Shown one piece after another: positions 1 to 14,754 of a stretch of 64,000 nucleotides of DNA (position 1 is the first letter of the stretch; each line of letters opens with the position of its first letter). Position numbers and translations under genes: made by a program. Source of the DNA: Eledone cirrhosa (taxonomy: Eukaryota); the NCBI GenBank assembly GCA_964016885.1, contig OZ024741.1:55738001-55802000 (forward strand), read 5' to 3'. Under the pieces are notes generated by a model that searched no databases, was not told the origin of the DNA, and saw only the letters and a program-made list of their open reading frames with translations.

Positions 1-95
1 AACCGCTTCGCCTGCTTTCTTCATTGCTTGCCTATATTCACCATGCTACTGTTTTTGATTGATACGTGTTTTTGTTGAATTCAATCCCTCTTAAT

Positions 96-147
96 GACCC
101 TGATGATATGCAAGTGTTTTATATATTGTATGAAAACTATTTCGATT
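96..147 (+). ncRNA. Degenerate hammerhead ribozyme motif in a PLE-like 3' end
   Basis: CTGATGA at 100-106, helix II ATGCAA...TTGTAT, GAAA 132-135, TC at 142-143. Helix I (GACC/GATT) has a mismatch. Confidence 0.4.
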
Positions 148-251
148 GTTTCGAATTCCTTACCTACTGAAGACCTTAAGCGCGCATGAGCTTTTCACAC
201 CTTACCAAAATTATTCCATTATAATCAATCCCATATACCCATATATATATA

Positions 252-1093
252 CTAGCTGACGTACCCAGCTTCGTCCGGGTAAACAGATGATAAGAGAAGA
301 CAGGTAAAAGAGAAAATGTCTGTATTGGATGTTTGTCTGGTTACAGTATGAGGCGAGTCCGTGGTGTCTGTGTGATACAGAAAACAGTAAAAAAACATCT
401 TCCAGATATACCAGATTCTTCGTTGTACCGTTTGTGCATAGTATGTGAACAATTCTAGGTGCTCCCACCTAGAATAGTGACCTCTAGGAGATGGTTCATC
501 TTCTGCCTGACTGTAAAACGTGTATCATTTCATAGACGTAGTTGTTCCACGTTTCTCAAAAGGATGATGGAAGTTCCAATCTTTTATATTATATGTAGAT
601 ATAGATATAGATAATTAATATAAAAGATGATGCTCAGCCAGTTCGTCTTCAACCATCTCAGCACGCCGTCGCTGCTTGGCTCCAGTGTTTCGTTGGCGTT
701 GTTCAGCCATCTCCTCTTCATTCATGGCGGCACGTCTTCGCCTCTGAATTTCGGCGTTCCGATGGCGCTGTTCGGCCCGTTTTTCTTCATTCCTGGCTGC
801 ACGCCGTCGCCGCTGTAGTTCACTATTTGATGAAGTCGAATTGCTTTTACTTTCTGTGGAACGCTGCACGCACGCACACACACATAAACATTCTCGTACG
901 TACATACACACACACACATGGTAATAGTTACAGCATTCACTTTGCCTCTTTTTCTTACTCTCCCCTCTCACTCCCTCATTGGCATTATGCATATTAATTT
1001 AAGTTTGGCGTCGTTGAGTTGAAACGTATGAACCACTGATAATCGATAATTATGACACACGGAATACTGACATTGTTGAAATTAATATATAGA
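252..1093 (-). mobile_element. Helitron, non-autonomous composite carrying a RepHel N-terminal (STPR-like repeat) fragment
   Basis: On the minus strand: 5' TCTATATATT at 1093, subterminal hairpin ACCCGG...CTGGGT (263-280), then CTAG|T at 255-252. ORF 615-992 has ~23-aa repeats (QRRRRAARNEEKRAEQR) like Helitron STPR repeats. A second TC-type start lies at ~599. Confidence 0.75.
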
Positions 1094-1283
1094 TGTGGGG
1101 GGGGGACCACAAACCCTCCATCTCAATTCTACTTTTGAAAAGCATAAGAACTGTAAAACCGGTAAAGGAAACAAATAAATATTCTTAAAAAGTTGCATTT
1201 TCGGATTTCATCTTTACTCTATATACTTTCACTCGTGTAGGACATCTCGTTTTTTTTTTACATTTAAAAAAAAAACTCATTTT

Positions 1284-1353
<70 letters not shown>

Positions 1354-1389
1354 GTTCTGTCGTCGTATATCAACGTATGAGGATTCAAC

Positions 1390-1950
1390 AGTCTTCTCAG
1401 TTCATTTTTTATGGTTATGCCTTAAATGGTACTTCAGAACAGCTGCTGATTTACACATCAGACTGAATTTAGTGCAGATGGCAGGATTTTGAGCAGAAGA
1501 ATGAAAAGTTGATCGGATCTTGGTGTTAGATCTTAAACCCCGAAGATGGACCAAACGAAATTTTTCAAAGTTCTTTATACCTTCATGTTAGACAGTTCTC
1601 CATCGTCCACGGTCAGCAGCTAGGTCTTCAAAAGAAGTAAGAGGTGTGGTCCCAGATTTAAGATTGTACTTCATATTTGAGTAATGGCATGTCTACATTA
1701 CATGCACCATTATGAAGTTGACTGTATAACAATATCTTATGTGGGTGGTCCTCAGCCATCTGTAGGACATGACCAGCCCTTCTCGTGAACAGATCGACAT
1801 TGGAGACACTGTCAGAAAGTGCACAATCACAGATAGAGCGAAGACAATGTTTCTGGAAGACATCAAATTTATAAACTCGCCCCAAAACAGTTAAGTAACT
1901 GCCATCTTAAATCTCCTGCATCAATCTTCAGTAAGCCTTGCCTTATCTCC
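1390..1950 (-). mobile_element. Degraded RTE-clade LINE 3' fragment
   Basis: Translation FQKHCLRSIC...VSNVDLF..RAGHVLQMAEDHPHKILLYSQL matches the RTE post-RT motif (F...CLR.I...V.N..V...W.GHV.RM...R.PK..LY..L). Confidence 0.7.
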
Positions 1951-1952
1951 AG

Positions 1953-2013
<61 letters not shown>

Positions 2014-2275
2014 CTTAAAATGCAGTGGGAATACGAAAAAGGCAAGAACAGGCGGGGGGGGGGGGGGGGGGGGTTCCTCATCAGTTGTCTACTGGGGGTC
2101 TAGGATATTTCTACGCTTTAAAGACAAGATACCACTTCACTCCAGGGCGTCAATAACTGGATAAGTTATTGGGAAAACGAAGGAAGGGGGGAAAGAAAGC
2201 AAAGGAGAAGAAAAGAGAAACAGTAACAAAACAGCGGGAAAAAACATACATATATATATATATATATACATACAT

Positions 2276-2972
<697 letters not shown>

Positions 2973-3255
2973 ATATATATATATATATATTAACCATGCT
3001 TTTTCTAATATTTAATCATAAACCTTCGTTACACCGTCACCCCCTTCTTATCTACTTTACAACTGCTTCCTGCAGGATATGGGTATTTGGTGCAACGATA
3101 TTTGCATTAACTGCATCTTTCAGTGCAGTGCATTCATTCAACAGCTGCAGGACGCCAGTCCAATAATTTGTACATCCGAGTACAAACCGGATGACGCTAT
3201 TTCATATAACAGCGACTTAAATTTGGTACAGGTGTTTGTAGACATAAACGAGTGA

Positions 3256-3336
<81 letters not shown>

Positions 3337-3764
3337 TAAAATAAACTTGAGAGCGTTGGGTAGATGGGTTGATGGGTAGATTTGAATTTCTTAGAAATTG
3401 TAAAACGCAGAAAATAGCTGTAACCAAAGTCGGTTGCTATAAATAATAGCTTAGAAAATCGGATAAAATACCCATTGAGGCAGAAAAAAGTGGTCAGCAG
3501 CTGCTGCAAAGAATCGAACTCTATGTCACTCATACATGTAATCCATTACCAGAAAGGTAAAAATATGGTATTTGCCATGCCATAACTACATATACAGACT
3601 TATATAGAAATATATGTATATGTGCGCATACAGGTCTACAAACAGATCCACACATACAAATACATACCTGAACACACACTCACACAAACACATGCAGACA
3701 TATATATTTACCTAGTTGGTGTTGTCTCACATCCAATGAAAGACACTTGTTTCCTGTGATAGAA

Positions 3765-3800
<36 letters not shown>

Positions 3801-4269
3801 TCTCTCTCTCTATTGGTGAGAAATAAATGAAACCAAAATACACACACACACTCATACACAATTGTCAGAGACATTCATCGTGACACAACGTGTGACATAG
3901 CTGGCCTTTTGAATTACAGGTATATTCCATCCAACGTGCTTCCAGACAGCTTCCGTCTATCTATTTTAACTAACAAGGCTTGAGTCGACTCAAAATTGTG
4001 GTAAATGACATTTGCCCAAGATGGCAAGTTGTGGATCAAACCTGAGACATAATGATTTCTAAGTGAACTTCTTAACCATTCGGCCATGTTACGACGACTA
4101 CTGCCTATAATACAGGGTCAGTTTAACAATAGTCACAAAAATTTAATTTGAAATAACGTAGTATATTTGCGAAAATAATACATTATTATTTACAAAACAT
4201 TGAAAGATTTAGATGTAATTTAGTAAATACTGTTATTTCAGAAACCAAGAGCGTATGACTGTCAGAGTC

Positions 4270-4590
4270 GTTGGTATGTATGTATAAACCTATAACTCTT
4301 AGTGGTATTGTAGGGGCGCCGTAGTGAATTACAGTGTTTCTTGGGCATTTTAAACCTGACGAAGCCCAATTCCTCTCCAGGTTTGAACACAGCCGATTTC
4401 TTCCAGAGAAGGAGAAAGAACGAGAGAGTAATAGACTAGAAGTGAGGAAGAATCAACCCCATACTAGAGTGGTACATTTTTATCGTCCTCGAAAGGATAA
4501 AAGGCAAAGTTGACCTCGGTAAGATTTGAACTCAGAGAACAAGAATGAATTCTGCCAAGCATTCTATACGACATTCTAACAAGTCAGCCA
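4270..4590 (-). mobile_element. tRNA-derived SINE (Meta-domain-like) with a 3' tail shared with 14600, 35980 and 56610
   Basis: Reverse complement contains the B-box CTGAGTTCAAATC and CAACTTTGCCTTTTATCCTTTCGAGGACGATAAAAATGTACCA. Confidence 0.7.
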
Positions 4591-5124
4591 CATATCCATT
4601 ATTACCTATAGTATTTTAAGACGAGACAGTTTAATAATTGTTATAAAAATTTAATTTAAATTGACACTTATATATTTACAAAAATATAATACATTATTAT
4701 TTACAAAACATTGAAAGATTTGCGTTTAATTTAGTAAATATTGTTATTTCAGACGTTAAGGACGCTGTATTGGCTGTGTCGTTAGAGCAGGGGGCAAATA
4801 TTTTGTCAAAAAAAGAAAGAAAGAAGCAAACAGACAAAGAAAGAAAGGGGAATCCAGACATAGACAGATACATAGTAAGACAGAGAGAGAGAGGCGGAGA
4901 AATACGTAGAAGAGGGTAGAAAACTGTTGTAGGTTGACATTCAACGTAATAGAGAAATGCGTGAAGCGGGAGAGTTCCGTATCCGGTTTCTCTGTTGTTG
5001 CTTTGATAGATTAGTGTTAGCAATTGACCTCTGTCAAACAACAGCAGACGACAGCAGATACAGACCACCCAGATGGCCAGATAAACACATACGGCTTTTT
5101 AAAGATATATTTGTCAGTGTTTCT

Positions 5125-5853
<729 letters not shown>

Positions 5854-6043
5854 TATATACATACATACATAGTATATATATTGTATATATATATATGTGT
5901 GTATATTATGTATATATATGTATGTATATTATGTATATATATATATGTATATATATACATATACATATTATATATATATATATACATATTATTATTATAT
6001 ATACATATTATGTATATATTTGTTTGTATACATATATACATAT

Positions 6044-6082
<39 letters not shown>

Positions 6083-6155
6083 TATATATATATTATAATA
6101 TATATATATATATATATACACATTATGTGTGTGTATATATATATATACTACATAT

Positions 6156-6305
6156 ACTCACCAGTAGTCCAGAGTATACAATACTTGGGGTAATAGGAGT
6201 GGGTGATATGAAAAAAATTCAGGACCACGACGGCTGAGCTCCGGCAGTTCACGATCTAACTGTGGAAATGGCCGGAGCTCAGCCGTCGGGGTCCTGAATT
6301 TTTTC

Positions 6306-6309
<4 letters not shown>
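6156..6309. mobile_element. Fold-back PLE-like terminus with half-hammerhead
   Basis: TATGAAAAAAATTCAGGACCACGACGGCTGAGCTCCGGC / GCCGGAGCTCAGCCGTCGGGGTCCTGAATTTTTTCATA inverted arms. Same family as 22410, 28555 and 49110. Confidence 0.7.
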
Positions 6310-6339
<30 letters not shown>

Positions 6340-6340
<1 letters not shown>

Positions 6341-6972
6341 TATGAGTTACTCTTGCATGGGAAGCGGCAGAGTGGGTATTGAGATGATGATGGATGACCC
6401 CTCGTTATCGAGTATGGCCATTGCACGATATACCATTATTAATAAGTATTAATTAATTCTACGGTGCAATGTCTGTGCATGAAGATATTTTTTAAAGTGA
6501 GGAAAGACTGTGCACTGAGCCAATCCCACTCTCTGAGCGACAGTAGCTATAACCCGAAAAGAAGAAAAGATCGACATCATCGGTAACTACTGAGCCGCAG
6601 GTTTTATATCGGAGTTATCCCAGTTTGCTGAGTTGCCTTCTCCTAGAAGAATGCCCTGACAACGGCGAGGGGTCCTTCACTCCCAGTGGTTTAACCGCGT
6701 GATCGATTTCCAGCCCTACTATTTCTATGTCGCCGCGCATATACATACACATGCACCCATGTATACATACATATACAGTACATATGTACATATGTATATA
6801 CATATTTACACACTTTTGGATGACCGTTGACTCTTATGAGTTCTTCCGCCCTTTGTCAGGTTTTGTTTTTTGTCCTGCAGGGTGTCCAAAATCACCTTCC
6901 TCACCAAATAAACTTGGTGAGGTTGCCAGTTTAGTCGCTGACGACCCGACCATGTGAACCAGTAGCACTCAA
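6340..6972 (-). mobile_element. Diverged relative of the RTE-derived element, split by a microsatellite
   Basis: Shares GTTGCCAGTTTAGTCGC...GACCCGACCATG and TCCTGCAGGGTGTCCAAA with 5730-5850. Confidence 0.6.
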
Positions 6973-7163
6973 CATACATACATACATACATACACACACA
7001 CATACATACATACATACATACATACATACATACATACATACATACATACATACATACATACATACATACATACATACATACGTACGTACATACATACATA
7101 CATACATACATACATACATACATACATACATACATACATACATACATACATACATACATACAT

Positions 7164-8212
7164 AGTAACACTGAAGCAACATCTTCAACAGAGGAAAAAG
7201 GTTGGCAACCATCTTGCCCAGGTTTATGAGCTTGAAAAAAAAAAATCATTAGAATAGCCACTGATCTGGAGGAGAGATATGGAATAAAGCCTGATATAAA
7301 TCTCTCACCCAGAGAAATCGGAAGATCCTATTCAATGTTCAAACAAGATGAAAAAATTGACCAATTTACAGAAAAAGTTGTGCATGGATACTTGAGACGT
7401 AAAACACAGACCATAGAGGGGATAACCCACTCGAAAAGCCTGGCATGGAGTTCCGACAAGTTTATGACATCACACCTTGAGGGATATCTCTATGCAATAC
7501 AGGAACAAGAACTACCAAATATCTGCTGCACAAAAGGGGAGGGCCATCAGCTGACAATAAATGTAGGCTATGTAAAACAAAGATTGAGGATGTAAGCCAC
7601 ATTGTTGCCAGCTGCGAAAGAATGTCATCTCGCTACTACCTCCCCATGAGACACGATGGGATAGCTAGAACCATCTGGAATGCACTTCGGAAAACAAAAG
7701 TAACAACAAACGAGGAAGAATATATTGAGAGAGATGGCACTAAGGAATACTGGTGGAACCTGAAAATAAAAACTGCCACCAGATTAAAGCACAACCGGCC
7801 TGATATTGTAGTTTGGGACCACACATTGAAAACGTGTTCTGTTGTGGAGATCAACTGCCCACTTGATGTAAACGTTGTCAGAAAAATACAGGAGAAGGAG
7901 GACATCTACGGACCATTGATGAGGAGTTTACAAATCCAGTATCCAAGATACACCTTTAGCTTCATACCCATCATTATTGGAGCTACGGGTTATATACCAA
8001 CCCGCTTGGACCAATGTATAACTGAACTTGGATTTGCGGACAAAAAGCGCAGCTCCCTAATTCATAGTCTACAAATGGCTGCGATAGCTTGCACCTTCAA
8101 AATTTGCAAAACATTCTTGCGATTCAAGGGATGACAATTTCTTTTCTTTTACAACCTTGCCACCAGGAAGGTGGCCGGTCAAAAAAATATACTCGAAATT
8201 AAGAGAAAGAGA
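7164..8212 (+). mobile_element. R4/Dong-type non-LTR retrotransposon 3' fragment (CCHC knuckle + restriction-like endonuclease)
   Basis: Frameshifted ORFs 7335-8134: EGYLYAIQEQ, CRLC...SHIVASC, RHDGIA, RPDIVVWD, VVEINCPLD, EKEDIY. (CATA)n on both sides. Confidence 0.9.
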
Positions 8213-9215
8213 TATACATACATACATACATACATACATACATGCATACATACATGCATACATACATACATACACACACACATACACACACACATACACA
8301 CATACATACATACATACATACATACATACATACATACATACATACATACATACATACATACACACATACATACATACATACATACATACATACATACATA
8401 CATACATACATACATACGAACATTTCTTCCAGCTGACTGATAGTAATAGTAAGATCAACAAACCAGAACGGCTATGACCGAACCACCGCTACCATCTCCA
8501 CCATCACCATGCTCATATAACAACAAAAACAACTTCTACAACATTGATTAAGAGATAAAGAGAGATAAAAGACAACGAAACGCACTGGACTTCGGTAGAC
8601 TAAGTTATCTCGAGGAGGGGGGGGGGGGGGGGGGGGGGCACAACTAAAACAACATCGATTTATACAACAGTATCAACTATTGCTTCGGAGAGTGTGTGTG
8701 TGTGTGTGTGAGAGAGAGAGATAGAGAGATAGAGAGAGGGAGAGCGCGTGTGTGTGTGTGTGCATGTATGTTTATACAGATATGTCTATGTAAATGTACA
8801 TGTATGTATGAATGTATGTTTGTATGCATGTGTGTGTGTATGTTTACGTGTGTGTGTATAAATGCATGTTTGTGTGTATAAAATAGAACATTACAAGTAA
8901 TCCCGTATTTGCGAACGTAAACTATACACGATACAATTAACGACCCCCCCCCCCCCCCCGTTTATTCCAAATACCCCCCCCCCCCCCCCCCTCCGCTTAT
9001 AATAATTTAAGCAAATGTCCAACCACCCTTCACTAATCCCCCCCCCCTATTATTTGTTACCCGAGAGTATACATATGTAAGAATGTTAGTGTGTATATCT
9101 TTACATAAGATATCGCCTTTCAGCGAAACCATACTATACATATATATACAGATATATATACTGCCAAGACTGGAATTGAACCATCAGCACAGTTGAGGTA
9201 TGTCAGACATCAATT

Positions 9216-9281
9216 TATTTTATCTGATGAGGACATACTGAGGAAACAGCACAGTACCTCTGAAATATATATAATAAAATA
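9216..9281 (+). ncRNA. Type I hammerhead ribozyme (minimal, palindromic helix III)
   Basis: Helix I TATTTTAT/ATAAAATA (8 bp perfect), CTGATGA 9224-9230, helix II GG..TACTG/CAGTACC, GAAA 9262-9265, TATATA, UA cleavage site. Confidence 0.75.
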
Positions 9282-9803
9282 TATTTGATTACATGAATGT
9301 CTATATTTATTAATATTTTGAATTAATATTAATAACACCAGAAAACTTCCTTGTTGAGTGCTTCTAATCTATTGTAAAACTATATTCATTGATTAATCAA
9401 TGAACCTTGTTTAACTTTTGGTTATATATATATATATATAACGGCGATGAATTAGTTTTGCGAGGTTTTTGATATGAAATCGTGTGTCGAAACAAATATT
9501 GTTATACTTGGCGAGGGTCATATTTGTGTAATAGTATTGCCAGAATTAATAACAGAACACACTCACTGTTTGGTTGGTTTTCGCTTCTGTGTCTTTTATA
9601 TCGGTTAATTTAATTTTATTTTATATCAGAGTATACGAAGGAGCTACGAATTGGCCACGGAGAAGTATAAGACTCTCATAGAACTGGACATGAAATGAAT
9701 TTACCCATTATACAGGAGAAAATCATGGAATAGCTTAGATAGGACTAGACATAAGATAGGGAAAGCCACCTCATGGTACGACAACCAGCGATACCAGAGT
9801 GTC

Positions 9804-10355
9804 ATGTTTGTGGACGCTACCCCTGGAGGGAAATTAGCTAACCAGTGTAGAAAGGCCCTGAGAAAGACCCACTTAAAGATTAAGGTGGTAGAAAAGCCAG
9901 GAACCACCATAAAATCCCTGATCAGCAAAACCTACCCTTTTAAGAAAACCTATTGTACTAATAGGAAATGTATTATATGTAAAGTAAAACCCCGGATAAA
10001 CTGTAAAACTAGAAACGTAGTCTATAGCATAAGATGTACAGAGGGTACTTGCAGAAACATGATAACAACATACATAGGCGAGACAGCTCGTGGCATAGGT
10101 GAAAGGATAGACCAACACTGGGGGGAACTAAAAGGACGAAAAAACGGTTCAGTACTATACGAACATGCCAGACAACAACACGACGGTAACATAAACAAAA
10201 TAGAAATTAGAATAATATCTAAACATAGAAATGACCCAGTAGATAGGCAAATCAGAGAAGCCAGCGAAATAGAACTTAGAAGGCCAAGGCTAAACAGAAA
10301 AAATGAATGGAATAACAACACCCAAACAAACAATACTGACCTAAGAGAAGTATAA
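9804..10355 (+). CDS. Penelope-like element ORF C-terminus: Cys linker + GIY-YIG endonuclease (fragment)
   Basis: CTNRKCIIC...NCKTRNVVYSIRC...C...YIGETARGIGERIDQH...LYEH...H...RQIREASEI...LNR. Confidence 0.9.
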   Translation: MFVDATPGGKLANQCRKALRKTHLKIKVVEKPGTTIKSLISKTYPFKKTYCTNRKCIICKVKPRINCKTRNVVYSIRCTEGTCRNMITTYIGETARGIGERIDQHWGELKGRKNGSVLYEHARQQHDGNINKIEIRIISKHRNDPVDRQIREASEIELRRPRLNRKNEWNNNTQTNNTDLREV

Positions 10356-10580
10356 ATAAATAAATAAATACATACACAAGCACAATAACAACAAACACAT
10401 ATAAACACACACTAGTAAACTAAGATAGAATACAATAACCAATACACAGTCACCCAAACATGAACACACATCAAACACTATACACACACGCAAACGCATG
10501 CGCAAAGAAGACAAAAAAAATAAATAAACAGACTAAATAAAGATGTCGTAGGCATACAATACAACGGGAGGAAACATAAT

Positions 10581-10627
10581 AGCACCACTGACGATGTTGC
10601 AGATGTGCAACGAAAGAACTTTGTTAG
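10581..10627 (+). ncRNA. Hammerhead ribozyme motif in the Penelope pLTR
   Basis: CTGACGA 10588-10594, perfect helix II GTTGCA-GATG-TGCAAC, GAAA 10612-10615. Helices I and III are weak. Confidence 0.6.
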
Positions 10628-10815
10628 ACTATATATATATGTGCTTGTGTCTATATTATATCTGTATTTTTGACCGTTGGTCAGTCAATGGTAACATTGA
10701 GGACCGAATAAAAAAAATTAAATTAACCGATATAAAAGACACAGAAGCTTCTGTGTCTTTTATATCGGTTAATTTTTATAGACACAAACACATATATATA
10801 GTCTAACAAAGTTCT

Positions 10816-10926
<111 letters not shown>

Positions 10927-11568
10927 CGCCGCGGTCTGAATTTTACCTATCTCTATACCCATTCTGCATCTCCCGATATATTGAGTACTTCCATGATTAA
11001 TGGTCTCCCCACCGCAGACTCTCTCGCTCTCTCGCTCTCTTTGCTTAAGCGGGTGATCTTTAATCCACTTTACAGTGTTGTGTATAAAAACAGAAATCTG
11101 AGACGTTATCCAAGAAACACGTAAAACGAATATCCAAATCTTGATTAATCTGTTCAGCTGTGTTTTTATAATGGCTGTGGTTAGTTTGTGCGGAGTTGTG
11201 GTGCTGGTGGTCGTGGTGGTGGTGGTAGGGGTTAAAGTATTAAGGTGACAGTAATGGGTGTTGAGACAAATATTGATGGCAAACATGGAAGAAGTGATGT
11301 CGTTCGTAGTGTTAGTCGTTGAGATACCGTTGTGAATTTCAGTAACCACGTGACCTTGTATAAGTATATATATATATACAACGCGAAGAAGCCACTCTCG
11401 TTTATTTGTCGGAGATTTCTTCATAGGAGCTTTTATCCTTATGGCTTAGTATAATTGATTTTTTATATGGTTGATTGTGCTGTTTGGCAGAGGAAATGGA
11501 GTATATATTTTGTTTATCTAATAATTCTGTAGACATGATTTATAATAATATATATGTATATATATATA

Positions 11569-11987
11569 TTATGTAATAAACAACATAAGATAATTATTTC
11601 ATTTACCAGTGGTTTCTTGAAAGCAGATGTTGTATCTGTTTTCAGTCGTCAGAATGAATAAAAAAAAACATGGTGTTTTTATTAAATATGGATTTGAAAA
11701 CAAAATTTAAGAAATATGAAAGTAAGGCTGAGAAAAAAACGGGCGAAGAAGAAGAGGGGAAAAAGAATATAAAAATATATATATATATATATAAACAATA
11801 AATATCCAGAACATAAACATATATACACTCAACCACGCGCATATACTTAAAAAATATACATATACATGAAGTAATAAGAATAAATAAATAAAGCACATAT
11901 ACGCTTATGTGAAAAAGTATACGTCTACGTACTTTTTAAGTATATGCGCGTGGTTGAGTGTGTATGTTTATGTTCTGGATATTTATT

Positions 11988-12037
<50 letters not shown>

Positions 12038-12281
12038 TCTTTTTCCCCTCTTCTTCTTCGCCCGTTTTTTCTCAGCCTCACTTTCATATTTCTTAAATTT
12101 TGTTTTCAAATCTATATTTAATAAAAACACCATGTTTTTTTTATTCATTTTGACGACTGAAAACAGATACAACATCTGGTTTCAAGAAACCACTGGTAAA
12201 TGAAATAATTATCTTATGTTGTTTATTACATAACTAATAAACTCTGTAGCCTACATAGAGCACTCTTTCCGACGGAATTAC

Positions 12282-12285
<4 letters not shown>
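11569..12285. mobile_element. Palindromic (tail-to-tail) PLE/retrozyme-like element with a hammerhead in each arm
   Basis: Arms 11569-11853 and 11933-12233 are reverse complements with an ~80 bp spacer. Hammerhead at 11598-11658 (-, intact CTGACGA) and 12144-12204 (+, TTGACGA). Confidence 0.85.
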
Positions 12286-12336
<51 letters not shown>

Positions 12337-12348
12337 ACACACACACAC

Positions 12349-12411
<63 letters not shown>

Positions 12412-12418
12412 ATATTAA

Positions 12419-12449
<31 letters not shown>

Positions 12450-12502
12450 ATATTAAATATATATATATATATTATATATATATATATATATATATTTAAT
12501 AT

Positions 12503-12638
<136 letters not shown>

Positions 12639-12825
12639 ATATTATATATATTATATATATATATAACTTGATTTTAGATTTAATCAATACATATAAAATA
12701 TGTATCGATAATGTTTCTCAGTAGAACTTTGTTCAGAGCATCAATAATATAATGATTTCAATTATAGGTACCAAATCAAACGATATATATTGATATATCG
12801 TTTAATATTATATGATATATATATA

Positions 12826-13327
<502 letters not shown>

Positions 13328-14224
13328 ATACATGTTTGTGTGTTTTAATTAAATTAAACTAAATCAAACTAAATCAACTTAAATCAATATCATAGTCAAT
13401 TCAATATTGGTTTGAATATTCAATATAATATAATTTTTTTCTATTGCAGCACGTTTCCAAATGGTCATTTAGTGGAGTCAATGTGACATTAGGGTACCTA
13501 ATCTATTGATGGCGTACTCACATACGTTCTCATGATAAGTTTCCCGTTTGAATAATATATATTTCTTCGCTATTCAAGCATTTGATAGAGTAAATCAGGT
13601 TTATGCTTTTACAGTTTATATTTGCATTTGCAAATGTTTTTCTTTCTAGCTTTGTATTGATATAATGACCAGCATTTATATTTGACATGTCCCACAACGA
13701 TTGACATTATAATTAGATACTATGAAGGTTTTATTGCTGTTGTTGTTTAGATAAAACTTTGCTTTTGTTAACAATTGTTCTTTTGTTGAGTTCTTTTGTT
13801 GTTGTTTGCTTTGAATAAGCCTTCTATCAGTATTTAGATCTTTTAGTATATCTCTGTCTGATAATCAAAATGTTTGATTTTGAACAGATAGATTGTGTGT
13901 TACTACAAAAGGTACTATATATATATCTTTCTCGTGTTCCTCTTTCTTTTGCTAACCGATGTTTCGCTATAGATATTCGTTTTTCATGTTCTATACCATT
14001 TTGTATAAGAATGTGTCGCTATTTTTGTTTAAGTAGAAAGTCTTTGTTCTCTGATACTTACATCATCAACGACGGTACAACATTTTCTGGTTATACTATA
14101 TGGAATCTTAGGTTTTATATGTATTGAATGGCATGATTTGTAATTCAGATATTGGTGTGTATATCCTTTTATAATATATATATGTATTGGGATGTTGCTG
14201 CTACTTTTAATCCTCGTTATGTCG

Positions 14225-14385
14225 GCCCTTTATGATCTGAGTTCAAATCCCGCCAAGGTTAACTTTGCTTTTCATCCTTACGGGGTCGATAAAATAAAGT
14301 ACCAGTCACGCACTGGGGTCGATTTAATCGACTTTCCCCTCCCCAAAATTGATGGCCTTGTGTCTATATAAGAAACCATTATTTC
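14225..14385 (+). mobile_element. tRNA-derived SINE (Meta-domain-like)
   Basis: CTGAGTTCAAATCCCGCCAAGGTTAACTTTGCTTTTCATCCTTACGGGGTCGATAAAATAAAGTACCAG. Further copies at ~14480(+), 26140(-), 35830(+), 37960(-), 38075(-), 44335(-), 46000(+), 54405(-) and 56430(+). Confidence 0.85.
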
Positions 14386-14552
14386 TTGAAATTGTAATTT
14401 TGAGGTATTTGTTACCTTTGCAAAGTTTAGGGTTTCATATAGATTGGTCGAAGATCAGTTGACTGAGTCGTTGCGGCTCTCTGTGCTCTGAGTTCAAATT
14501 ACGCCATTTTTTCAAGATCGACAAAATTGTACCAGTTCAGTGTACTAGGTTG

Positions 14553-14608
<56 letters not shown>

Positions 14609-14754
14609 AGAAATCGATTACGTTCAGCCCTGGAGAGGTGAGGGGCTCCACCAGGTTTTTTTAATGCCCAAGAATGAGGAATAACGGGTACATACACACA
14701 CAGCTAAATTCTGAGAAAGAATCAACAAACTCGGTCCATATAAAAACCATCAAG

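Larger units (their letters stand above)
9441..10815 (+). mobile_element. 5'-truncated Penelope-like element with inverted 5' pLTR and fold-back 3' pLTR
   Basis: Contains GIY-YIG ORF 9804-10355. 9583-9617 is the reverse complement of 10714-10749. 10615-10655 is inverted at 10777-10815. Hammerhead at 10588. Flanked by (TA)n. Confidence 0.9.

Noticed and set aside
3040-3260. Protein-like minus-strand stretch (YWTGVLQLLNECTALKDAVNANIVAPN...)
   Set aside because: It is short, has no clear splice sites and matches no family I can recognise.
14237-14260. tRNA genes suggested by GAGTTCAAATCC / GAGTTCGAATC B-boxes
   Set aside because: These are SINE heads; no cloverleaf is present.
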